The position numbers were made by a program, and so were the translations under genes. Of a stretch of 64,000 bases of DNA, positions 38,580-50,074 are shown piece after piece; position 1 is the first letter of the stretch, and the number at the start of each line of letters is the position of its first letter. Source of the stretch: Podarcis cretensis. Lineage: Eukaryota. Under the pieces are notes generated by a model. The model had not been told where the DNA came from, ran no database searches, and was given only the letters and a program-made list of their open reading frames with translations. The stretch is from the NCBI GenBank assembly GCA_951804945.1, contig OX638154.1, forward strand, positions 59,148,001 to 59,212,000, read 5' to 3'.

Positions 38580-40308
38580 TCAGCACTTCCCTTCAACCTT
38601 CATACCCATCCTCATACTACTTTTAAAGCCAAGGCGGTTATTTTAACAAGCATAGCAGGCATAGATTTATTGCCACACTCACACTTAAAATTAAAAATGC
38701 TCCATGGCCGGTCGCCGCCAACAGTACCATCAAACCATGTGCAAAATGGAGCTCTCTCTCTCTCTTTTGGAATGGAAGAGGTGGCCAGTGACACAGAGAA
38801 GGGTTCAAGCAAAGCATAAGGCACACAAAGTACATTCCACCAACTCTCATACGTGTACATCCACACACTAAAATGGATTTTACGTTCAGAATCTTGGAGT
38901 CTTTTTCTTAAAAAAATAAACTTTTAAAACACTGAATATTTTTTTTTAAAAGCCAGACTTACACTGACAAAGCATATTCGTAACACCTCCGCACAGGATG
39001 GTTTTGCCTCTTACTTCCTCGAGGACTGCCAAATTAGCTTTTTTACAACTTACTCAAGTCTCCTATGCAGGTGTAACAGAAGTTTTAGTTTAGTTTTGTT
39101 TTTTTCAAGTAAACTAAACAACCCTATTTATGTTCATAAATAACGTGCCAAACACCACATACACATCAGTGAATTAAACCATTGTCAAATAATGAAGCCT
39201 TTTCACTGGGGGGGGGAGGAGCTAGATTTAAATATTCATATTTTTAAACTAAACCAGAGACTGAGGTTTCAAAGTACCTCCAAAAATATGGTCATGGCAA
39301 AGTTTCAAACTTTCATTATATAAACGATGCATCAAAGATTTTCAAAACGTGTTCAAGAAAAATGTTGCCAGCTACAAGACCTATGATTCTATAGTCTAAT
39401 CCTTATGCCCCAAACAGTTACCTTCCAAACCATATTACAACTATTTGCATGCTGAACATACCAACTGTGCATTGTATCTCTTCAGGAAAAAATTAAAAAA
39501 AAACACACACCAAGCAGTTTGACAAACCCCATTGCTCACTTGGGCATTTTGCCTCAGAGCAAACAGTATACGGATGTAGATTCTGTAACCTGTGTCTGGA
39601 CTGAATCATCAATATGCCAAAAAGAAAATCTAGAGATATAAAAAGAGTGAAGACTTATAGTGTCAATAACCTCAATTTGTACCGCTACGGCTTCCATCAC
39701 CGCTGCCTATAACCAGCTGAGGCTGCTCTCCAGAAGGGAGACGGAGCCCCAACAGATAAAGCACTGACAGAAGTCAACTTTTAAAAACCATCTGTCTTTT
39801 CATGGCAATTTCCATGAATTACAAAGAGTAACGAAGGCAGCCAGTCCTACAGATCCAAAGAGGGCTTAGTGCCTCTGTACAAAACCTTCCTTTCCCTATC
39901 AGTTACCCTCCCTATTCCGTTCCAAATCAGAGATTAAACCCCAAACCTTCATCCCCCCCCCAACTAGAACATTAACCAGAACAGAAGGGGGACAACAGAT
40001 CACAGGCTCAAAGCAAGGGTGATAAGTGAAAAAAGTTATGTGGTGTAAAACGCATGGACAGTTTGCTTGCCTGAGGCAAAGGGCAAAATGGCGCCTCCCC
40101 ATTCCACCCACAGAAGCAGCTGAACCCAATTTCAACACTGGCAATGGAACAGCATCCACCCTCTGCTGCTCTTTAGGGCAGATTATATATGGCCTCTCCT
40201 CCAACAGAGGTGGAAATAGAGGGGTGGCTTGGGGGTTAAAGCCAAGGACTTGCTGCCTGAGGTGGCAGCCTCACTCCACCTAGTTGTAGGCCTGGTTCTG
40301 TAGACATA

Positions 40309-40430
40309 GGCTGCATTCAGACAACACTTTATTCCATTTTCCAGTGTTTCCTTACCTGATGATTTCCATATTTTATGTGCTATTTCAGACAACATAAAAG
40401 TAACTTCTGGAAATCTACCACAAGTTTAGT
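40309..40430. mobile_element. Partial copy of the 5965 MITE
   Basis: ggctgcattcagacaacactttattcc...tgtttccttacctg...tctggaaatct shared. Confidence 0.7.
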
Positions 40431-40499
40431 GCTCATTTCCACTTGAAACAGTCATGGCTTCTCCCCTCAAAAATCCTGGGAACCATAGTTTGTTAAGAG

Positions 40500-40532
40500 T
40501 GGGGAAACCCAGCCACATGGGCGGGGTATAAA

Positions 40533-40575
<43 letters not shown>
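40500..40575 (+). mobile_element. L2-like extreme 3' end with (ATT)n tail, adjoining an older MITE fragment (40452-40496)
   Basis: ggggaaacccagccacatgggcggggtataaat followed by about 14 ATT units. Confidence 0.75.
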
Positions 40576-40576
<1 letters not shown>

Positions 40577-41474
40577 TGAGAGCAGCGTTCGAAACTCCCA
40601 TTATTCTAGGTGCACTTTGTGACAGGCAATTTCATTAGTGTGAGCAGTTTCTGAGCTCTGAGCGCAGGACTGCACCCAAGATTTCAGATTAAAACTGCCA
40701 CTGCTGGAAGGAAAGGAGGGCCTTTTTCTGCCTCCCCGCTTCCAGCTTCTCTCTAAGAACTGGAGAAGTGACCTTCATATGAATATTAGGGGGGTGGGCA
40801 AGGGAAGTATGGCTTTGTTTTTTTGCAGTCTTAAGATGAGGACTAGGACCATGTGAAAAATGAACCTAAGATTTTAGCTGCATTCATTCATTTGCAGCTT
40901 TGTATTCTTGTTATAAAAAAGCACGCCCAGACACTCCATAACCTAAGTTTAAGTTCCTAGCTTGCATATCTCAGTTTCTAACACTGTCTGATGAGAGTAG
41001 TTAGGAGACCCCTCCCTCCCTCACAGAGCTACAGTTCCTCAGGAGTTATGCGCGAAGAGGGATGGATTATTAAAACGCTCTGAGAATTGATGGGGAGCAG
41101 GGCACGCATCAGTAGTGAGGTCCTATGGTGTGAAAGGGCCCAGCAACTGCCCAAGACACAGGTGCCAAAGCTGTCCCTCACCATAAATTTCTAAAATAAG
41201 CATTTGTTCGGACACCAAGCATTCTGACCATAAGGGTACCTTACCCCAGCTACCTGAATACTGGTTGCAGCTATTTAGTGGCAAATGCTCAGGAGCACAT
41301 ATGAACTCCCCTGCTAAGCATTCTATTTGCCCCCTTGGGGGCTTAATATAAGACAACAAAAATATTGAACAAATATATACCGTATATTCCTATTCCTTGG
41401 TTGCCCTGTATCTAGAAGTCATTTAGTAATACTATATGGAAAACTAAAAATATCTTTGTTTTCTTTCTATCTTC

Positions 41475-41668
41475 ATTCATTCATATCCTGCCTTTCCTCT
41501 AATGAGCTCAAGGAAATGTGCATGGTTTCTCCTTCACACCTATCTCATCCTCGTAACAACCCTGGGAGGTAGGTTAGGCTGAGAGTGCAAAGTCACCCAG
41601 ATGAACTCCATGGCATTTCGAACTCGAGGTCTCGCAGTCAGGGTCTGACACTCTAATTGCTACACTGA
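41475..41668 (-). mobile_element. tRNA/CORE-type squamate SINE
   Basis: Reverse-complement homology to 61237-61450 (gagctcaagg, aggttaggctgagag, gtcacccag). Confidence 0.75.
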
Positions 41669-41788
41669 CTTACTGTATATCTATAGTCAACTCCACAAGC
41701 ACTCCCGTGAAGCTTTGCTATTGCCATTTTGCTGACAAGCCACCAAGGAAACTCAAAACTTGCCCTATCTCCCCAGAAGGCTACCAGT

Positions 41789-41881
41789 CCATTAGCTAAA
41801 GTGGTGCTTCAGGTTAAGAACAGTTTCAGGTTAAGAACGGACCTCCGGAACAAATTAAGTACTTAACCTGAGGTACCACTG
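41789..41881 (+). mobile_element. Tc1/mariner MITE family A, truncated copy
   Basis: Matches the 3' ~93 bp of 52172-52413 and ends gaggtaccactg followed by TA. Confidence 0.9.
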
Positions 41882-44061
41882 TACTGGGAAGAAGCAGAGG
41901 ATGAAACTCCCCTACCCTGCCCAGTGTCAGCCCTGGGTGCAGATGGGAGACCGAGCCCTCCATCCATCTTCCACCATCCAGCTCACTTGCCTGCATACAA
42001 TCCCATGGATACAGAACGCTTCCGGTCAACTGCTTGTCACCTACGATTGCATGGCTGCTGAAAAGCACCCTCAAGAGAGCCAGGCTCAGCGTGCACTGAC
42101 CAGCACCCCCCCCCCCAGATCTCTCTAAAACCCACTCAGCCCCATCTGCAAGAGGAGGAAGGCACAGGACATAATGGATTGGGGGGGGGGGCTTACCCTC
42201 GCCCCTAAACCCCAGAAATAAAACTGCTTTCGCTGCCTTCAGCAGGGGCATTCGGGGACCTGTTTGCAACCCGAAAGGCTTGTTTCCTACAGGGTTGATC
42301 TCTCCCTCCCCAGTGAACTGCAGCCCAAATCTTTTCACTTTCTTGGTCAAGGGAGAAACCCGAGCTCTTCCGCCGCCGCCGCCGCCAACAAAGAGCCGAG
42401 GCCGCCTCTAGCTAGCTGCAAAGTGTGCTGAATTGTCAAGGCAGCGGCTACTTCTCCTCCTTGCTCCTCCCAGCCTGCTGTGTCAGGGCTTAAGCTGAGA
42501 GCTTGCCACGGACCTCCCTATCATCAAGTCACCAGGGTATAACGCATCTCCCCTCCCCCACAGTTAGCAGTAAACCAACAGCCATTTCAGCTTAAAGAGA
42601 CAGCGCATCTCCGAGTTCGCCAGCACATTGCCAGCACATTCGTCTTTTGTGTTTCCCGGTTGAAACAGGAGGGAGAGAGAGAGAAAGCCACACACAGACA
42701 ACATTTCTCTCTTTCCACCCCCATCCTCGGTTCTGGATCTGCTGTGACACCTGGCCACCCAAATTCCAGAAAAGAGGCCTTGTTAGACAAAGGCTATTTG
42801 TAATCTCTACCATTTCCCACCCCCACCCCCAATTAAAATATATTTATTAAGGCCTGGGTGTTTCTCTTGGTGCATTCTGCCACTGGCATGATGGTGGTTT
42901 CAACCCAATTAGAAAGCCAGCTCCAGGTCCTCAAAATGCTGTCTGGTTGCAACATTCATGTGTTTGTTGTCTGTTTACTCAAAACCTGAGGAGCAGGTTT
43001 TGCAGCCAGCTCTGATAAAAGGAGCCAGCCAGCAGCAGCAGATGTTATCTGAATCTTACCCCAACCATGGCAGCTATGACACACTTGCTGACTCATGGGA
43101 AAGGAGCATGGCTGGCTTCAAATTTGCTATCTCTTTTCAGAAACTGTATACTGAGTCAGTAAGTAAACAAACCAAAACTTATTTCATAAGCAGCCAAGAC
43201 AGGAGCCAAACCCTCCTGTGAATAATTTCAGGTTCTAATACCGTTTCCTTTCAGATATTCGGCTAACGCAACAACAGCAAAAGACTGCCCCATGTCCACT
43301 GTGTGTGTTTACCAAAGCTATCTGCTTATACATGACAAGAATTTGGAGACCATTTGCTGCAAATGGCAACAGCTAAAGCTACTGGTTATTGTACCATCTG
43401 TCCCTTAAAAAACAAACTTAATGAGTTTGCATTTAAATGTTGCAGCTCATTCCCTTGGCCCCTCAACATGTGATAATCTGACCTAGAAAACTCAGTCACA
43501 AAACCTCACGTGTGGACAGTAGTGCCTCACCACTCCACTTAACTTCCAGGAGGAGGTTGTCTTTCTTTATCTTCCACTCTCATTTTCTTTCTATAAAATG
43601 ATATTTCACATGCGATCTATAGGTCTGCAATGTTTAGCCAATTAATTGGTTAATTATTAATACATGCGCAATCTCTGGTCAATTAAGATGGTATCCTCAG
43701 CTAAGTGTGTAGTGTTTTTTTAATTAGTTTGAAAACAAATACAAACATCACAGGTTACAAGCACCATTGTTTTTTATTTCTTTGTTTCTGACAGTAAAAA
43801 GAGGGAATGCATTTCCTAAAATGGTGTCTTCAGTGACACATGCAGACTTCATCTTAAAAAAAAGTTGGCGTTTCAAAATGCTTGGTTTTATTCATATGCA
43901 TATTTAAGTAAATGGATCTTTAAGCCCTAAAGACCCATACGGGTCCTCTAAGATTTCTGATGAAAGATCTAGCAATCTCAATCTCGATAATATTTTTCCA
44001 AGTATTTCCACTACTACAGGTGCCACTTAATACCGGTTCCACGTTTGTAATAACTCAATAG

Positions 44062-44172
44062 TTTAGTATGGCAGCACCTGCACTTTGGAACTCCTTGCCT
44101 GTTGAGATCAAGATGACACCTTTCCCTTTACTCTTTTCAATGTCTGCTAAAAGCATTCTTTAGATAAGCCTA
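44062..44172 (+). mobile_element. L2 LINE ORF2 C-terminal relic
   Basis: Encodes FSMAAPALWNSLPVEIK, the FS.AAP.LWN.LP motif at the end of L2/CR1-clade ORF2. Confidence 0.7.
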
Positions 44173-46428
44173 CCCAAATGCTTAGAAAGTTGAGGTAATT
44201 TTAATCTATTTTAGTATGATGATGGTAGGTCAGGCAGCTGGGCATGGAGCTTCGTAGACCACAAAATTTTAATAATCTTTTTAAAAGTTTTAATTTTATA
44301 AACCAACTATTTTAGTATTTAAACTTTTGTATGTTTTGCAATTTTTTCTCAGTTTTAGAAGGTGCTTCTTAGTGTATTATATTAACGTTGTCATATTCCC
44401 TCCTCCACTACCACGTCCCCCAAGAAGATGAGCAACTACTTGTTGCATCCGTGAGTTGCAACATATACAACTTGACTTCTGCTGCAAAAGTTCAAAGTTT
44501 TAAGTGTCAATGGATGGGATCCAAACTAAGTTGTGTGACTCAATGGGCCTTAATTAGTCAATATCTAATCTTCTTTGTTCATCTCAGTGGGCCCCAAGTA
44601 TAACCAAATTGTTCTAGAGATCTCTGCAACCAATGCCTTAATATTTGCAAATGTCAATATTTCCTTTCCAGATGACCCCCTTGGATGAAGCCAAGATTTT
44701 CTGACTATTTGAATGCTGCACCCTCTCCACCCAAGATAAACGATGCCACCGACAGAGCATGTTGCAGACCCCACCACCCCAGAAAACTCCTGTAAACAAA
44801 GCACAGTCTTAGATAATTTGAAGTTTGATCTGCCCAAATACTACATTTCATCCCTCTAAAGCAGCCATTACTGAAGTGCAAGCAGGCGGACTTAAATATC
44901 AAGTTTTCCTAAAACTGAATAAACCGTTGTTATCTGGAGATCAAAAGAGACTGCTTTTAAATGAGACACATAAAGTACTTTACAAAAAGGTAGGATAAAA
45001 TCCAAGCTTCCAAGGTAAGGAAGGAAATGATCAACAGAACAGGAAAGCCCTACTCAGAGTCACACATGTTGCACCAGCCTAGCAAAATTCATTAATTGCC
45101 TGCTTCTGCAAAGAACCATTTCTCCTGAATTCTTCTCCCTATTAACAAAAATCTCTCCTCTCTTTGCTGTTGGGGTAGGAGCCCTTGTTATGACTGCTCC
45201 TCAGTGGAGGGAGAAGTCTCCCCTAGCTTTTGTATGTGAACTGCTTTGAGTTTCTTTGTTCCTCAGAAAGGACCACAGAAAGGAAATGAAGGAAGGTTTA
45301 CAAGGTTTGTATTTACTCAGAGCTACAAATCTGTCAGCCCCTTAAAGACACATACACACCCCTTCAAAGACAAAACTTCTCTCTCTCCCCCCCCCTCCTT
45401 TATTCTTTCTGAGGAAGAAGGGGGGGGGGATCACAGCACAAAGGCACCAACCCCCACCCCACCCCCAACACACTCAGTGCACCCGGGAGGCCAATCCACA
45501 ACCCATGCAGCCCAGACACCAGATTTTGCTTGCAGTCATATGTCGGGGGCATGGAGAGAAGCAGACGAGCAGCATATCTTGCAGAAAAATAAAGAGCCTT
45601 TTACACTTGCAGCAAAAGGCTCTGTTTCCCAACACTGCCCCCCCAAAAATAAATAAATAAATACCACCTTCACTCCCTTTTCTAATGGTGATCAAAGCCT
45701 GCACAATAAGGAGTGGGGGGGGGGGAGGTAAAGAGGAATAAGAACTGGGAGGGGGGATGACTCACTTCTGTGTCACTAGCATCTCAGAGCTACACATCCG
45801 TTAGCCTGGGGGGGGGGAGCCCTCTTTAACAAGCGGCCCATGCCAAGAGCAGATTACAAGTGATTTCAGCAAGCAAAAGAGTACAAAGAAAGGGGAAAAG
45901 AGGGAACGGCCAAGGCAGACCTCTGTCGACCAGAGTTCTAGTCATTGTGTCAGGAAGTGCTCTTTGCAACACCCACAAGATTGCAAGCTGTGTATGGATC
46001 TATCGTAAACACAGCTTCCAATACACAGACACCCGACTTTTCCACATCTCTCTATCCCCACCAGAACAATGCTTCTTCTGCCCCCAAACAAGTTCAGCAG
46101 TTACTGCGGGTTTCAATCTGCAAAGTCTACAGCCCAGACTTCCTTAAGACAAATACAAAAACATCCCAACTCTGCAAAAACAGATGTATCAGCCCTCACA
46201 CTTACAGCAAAAATACCCTATTTATCAATAGACTTTTTTAAAAAATAGTAATTGCAGAATTTAATAACCCCACTCTGCATTCCTTATCCAAGGGTCTTCC
46301 CAGCTGAAATTCAGCTCTCACTGAATTTAGAGAGAAGAAACTTCAGGTCTTTTGTTGAGAGTAAACTACATTTTGTTGCCTTATTTCACAAAAACGCAGC
46401 ACATCGTGGGGTGGGGGTAGTGGGGGGG

Positions 46429-46632
46429 NNNNNNNNNNNNNNNNNNNNNNNNNNNNNNNNNNNNNNNNNNNNNNNNNNNNNNNNNNNNNNNNNNNNNNNN
46501 NNNNNNNNNNNNNNNNNNNNNNNNNNNNNNNNNNNNNNNNNNNNNNNNNNNNNNNNNNNNNNNNNNNNNNNNNNNNNNNNNNNNNNNNNNNNNNNNNNNN
46601 NNNNNNNNNNNNNNNNNNNNNNNNNNNNNNNN
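46429..46632. other. Assembly gap (204 N)
   Basis: Run of n, preceded by a G-rich tract. Confidence 1.
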
Positions 46633-47335
46633 TTAGGCTCCCCAATCACAGAGACTACAGCGTAAGCGTTTTGCCATGACCTCTGGTTTAATGCTTCCTG
46701 GGTTTTGTCAATATCAACTTAAAAAAAGGAAGAACTGCTTTTGAACAGCCATCCATTCTTGTAGCTCCTATGCAACTGCAGAATGCCAGAATAACTCCTA
46801 CTTTAGGGACATTAGTTCACTCAAACGACAAATAGGTACTTGCCTCTAGTCTAAAGCGACAATCAAAGATTTTAAAGCAGCCCAACCTTATACCAAGAAT
46901 GTAGATGAATGAGTGTGCTTTAATGATGCATTTTTATTTTTACATAGTAAAGTCATTATCTTGCCACTGGTTTATCAGCCATGGATCATTATTAATGAAA
47001 ATAGAGTCATCAGAAGTTCATTCTTAAGGACAAAATCAAACGCACTTAAGTGCTTGTCTTGGAATAAGTGGATTACAAGAGGGTTCCCCCCCCCAAAAAA
47101 AAAGGTGAGACTTCCACAATGAAGACCATAGTTTCCTCCTGAGCAATGGAGCTTGTGATGGGCTGTAACCCCCCACTGAGTGTATCTGAGCACCCTCAAA
47201 TCTGCTATGTGGGGCTGCGAGACCTTCCAAAGCAGATATTGGAGGGACACTGCTTAATGCTCATTTGCTAAACCTATTATTTCAAATAGCAAAAGTGAGC
47301 AAAACTGAAAGGGTATTTTGGAGGAAGGTTTTTCC

Positions 47336-47907
47336 CGGTGCTTTTTTCAAGAAAAATAGGTGCTGGAACTCACCACGAAGCAAGGCGACTCAGGACAGCC
47401 CTGAACAGATGCGGGTTTGACAACAGCCAGCCGGTCTACCGAGGTGCTAAAAACTACAGCAAGCTGCCTCCCTAGCTGATTAGGGGTCTCGCCCGTAGTT
47501 CTGGTGAAGGTCAAATAAATGTGCCCCACCTCCCTCGTTTTCTTAGATTCAGGTGGGTGGGTAGGGCAGCTCGGAATGGCCCTTGCGCAAATGCACACAC
47601 ATGCAATAGTAGAGGCCTGGCTGGAAAGGTTAAAGCCAGCTGCCACTACACACAATGCGGATTGAAGAAATACGAATTGGCCCCACCAATTATAGCTAGT
47701 AGTGGCTAGGAGCTAGGAGGAGTCATAGATGTAAAAAAAAAAAAAAAGTGTAGACTTGCACCCACTGGTCAGCTTTTGTTTTGATTTGAAATTCTGGGCT
47801 TCTCATAAGTACCTAAAGGCAAGAAGTGGGCAGGGAAACTCCTGACTCACAATAGCATCCACCTGAGAGGTGCCAGTTCTGCACTCTGGCTAAAAAAAAA
47901 AGTACTG
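47336..47907. mobile_element. hAT non-autonomous element (572 bp) with family D-type TIRs
   Basis: cggtgctttttt / aaaaaagtactg ends and a perfect 8-bp TSD gtttttcc (47328-47335, 47908-47915). Confidence 0.85.
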
Positions 47908-48184
47908 GTTTTTCCTACAATTCCTTCCTAGGAAACAGATAGCTTTGGTTTTCTCTCATTGTCAGGTTTTAAGGTACAGCACAAAAATGCACTTGCCCTC
48001 TGCAACCCAAGGGACAAGCACTGACCCATGTTCCCCTTTGGGATTAACTGCATACAGCCAGCTCCTCCCCCCTTGGGTAAATTTACAGGAAGCCTGACAA
48101 TGCACCACTTCAAGAATTCATATGCAGCTCTCTTGTACTGACTCAGCCCATACAGTACATCTCTGTAGACCAATATATGTCTGT

Positions 48185-48324
48185 TGGCCTTTCACAACGC
48201 GATGCTTTCTGGGTGTTGTTGGGACTATAACTCCCATCATCCCTGATCACTGCCTATACTGATGGTGCTAATGGAAGTTGAGAGTTCAGCAACACCTGGG
48301 AGGGCTCCAGGTTGAGGAAAGCTG
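48185..48324. mobile_element. Palindromic hAT-like MITE, family B
   Basis: gttgggactataactcccatcatccctgatcact...ccaggttgaggaaagctg is homologous to 14243. Confidence 0.72.
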
Positions 48325-49232
48325 GCCTACTTTGACTGGCAGCAGTGTTTCAAGGCCTTGGGCTCTCCAAGCATGCCAGCAGAGATCCTTCTAACTTGAG
48401 ATGCCAAAGACTTGATGCTGGCAAACCAAGTGCTCAATGCTGCTAAGCTACAGCTCCTCCCTTTCAGCTTTAACATTGATCTATGGTCACTCAACTACCC
48501 TCCTTCCATTGCCTCTGTTTTCAAATACATTTACTTCAGGGACACAGCAAGAAGAACTGTAGCAGGAAGTTGGTCCAAGCCCCATAATCCCTTGAGTGGA
48601 ATAGACCCACTCAGGGATAAGATGGGAATTCCGCCTCTGACTATGAGCCAGTTCAGATATATTTGCAAATGCAGCTGCTCCCATGACTCTAGATTAGGAA
48701 AAGCCTATCACGCCATTTAGATTTCACGGGCCTATTGAGGAATCCACTGAAATACCAAATAGCTTTCTATTACACAAGAATTACCCCTGCCAAAAGAAGT
48801 GTTTGAAGCAGCCCAAGAGAGCTTCTACAGCAGAAGGATCTATCTACCCTTTCAGGTCAAGTTGTACCTCCTGCATTCCACCAGTAAGAACAGCCAACAC
48901 AAACACTCAATATTTTCCCTGATGTTTTCCTGTTTACTTCATTTATGAATGGCTTCCCATTAAAGATCCCAAAGCAATTTCACAATAAACTCATCAACAA
49001 TTAAAACAACAACAACCATGCACAAAAACAATTTCAGGTGTGGCACCAAAAAGGACTGGGATGAAAATCTTCACTTAAAAAACTTGTTGGAAAAAGGAAG
49101 GTCTTCAATATGCATAAAGATTATTGAGAAGAAGACACCCCATGGAGACGTGGGATGGAATTCCCCAGGGGAGATACTGTCACACTTGAAGGCCCAATTC
49201 CTACACTGTGAGGAATGGACCTCCTGATAAAA

Positions 49233-49325
49233 TGTCTGAAACCATGGAGAGCCCCTGCCAGTCAGTGTAGACAATACTGAGGTGGATGGACCAACGGTCT
49301 GTATAAGCAGCTTCTTATGCCCTGT
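49233..49325 (+). mobile_element. SINE/CR1-type 3' fragment
   Basis: tgtctgaaaccatggagagcccctgccagtcagtgtagacaatactgaggtggatggacc, a squamate SINE 3' region as recalled. Confidence 0.55.
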
Positions 49326-49707
49326 ATGCAAGTTGCATAAGGCTTTGTACATCAGGACAAACCCCTTGAACTTGTCATAGGAGTAGGGCTTCAAATGGAT
49401 ACAAAGGATGGAGAGCATGAATACCTCCCGCGCTATTTGTATAAGAATGAAGTGTAAAAGCAAATAATTCAGGAACCTAATATGCTAGAAGGGGGGGGGG
49501 AAAGGCTGGTATTCTAACTAATAAGATCCAACACCCAGTGCTACTGTGGGGTTGACAGCCTATATTGCCCCTGGAAGAGACTTCTGTCATAGCTTAATAA
49601 CTGCCAGTGTGTATATAGCTCCATTCTTTGGTAGTATGTCTTACTGTGCAGTTGCTTTTATGTTTAGGACGTTTTTCTGAAGAAAAAAATAAAACACAAT
49701 GAGAACT

Positions 49708-49881
49708 TAAGTCTGTGCACGCAGCATACATTTAAAACCACAAGGCTTGCCCTAAAGAATCCTGGGAACGATGGCTTACCCCTCACACAGGTACAATTCC
49801 CAGCACCCTTAACTAGCTACAGATCCTAGGATTCTTTGGGAAAGTAATGTGCTTAAAATGTATGTTGTATATACAGCCTTA
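49708..49881. mobile_element. Palindromic MITE (related fragments at 40452-40496 and 40990-41090)
   Basis: Inverted arms catacattt / aaatgtatg and aaagaatcct / aggattcttt. Confidence 0.65.
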
Positions 49882-49938
49882 GGCACCTTAAGCTGAAAAA
49901 CAGTCCTCTCTTGAAAAATATCTCCACGTATCCTCTGG

Positions 49939-50074
49939 TAGCGATAGGGAAGCTGTAGCCCTCCAGATGTTCTTACACTCCACCTCCCATCATCCCTGAC
50001 CACTAGCCATGCCAGCTGGGGCTGATGGGACTGGAGTTCAACAACGCCTGGTGAGCCACCAGTTCCCAGTCCCT
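49939..50074. mobile_element. Palindromic hAT-like MITE related to family B
   Basis: ccctccagatgtt..ctcccatcatccctgaccact..ggctgatggga.. Confidence 0.7.

Noticed and set aside
41826-42350. 174-aa minus-strand ORF
   Set aside because: Non-ATG start, ends in a MITE, crosses homopolymer runs, and has no recognisable homology.
38273-46665. ORFs containing X runs
   Set aside because: Artefacts of reading through the two N gaps.
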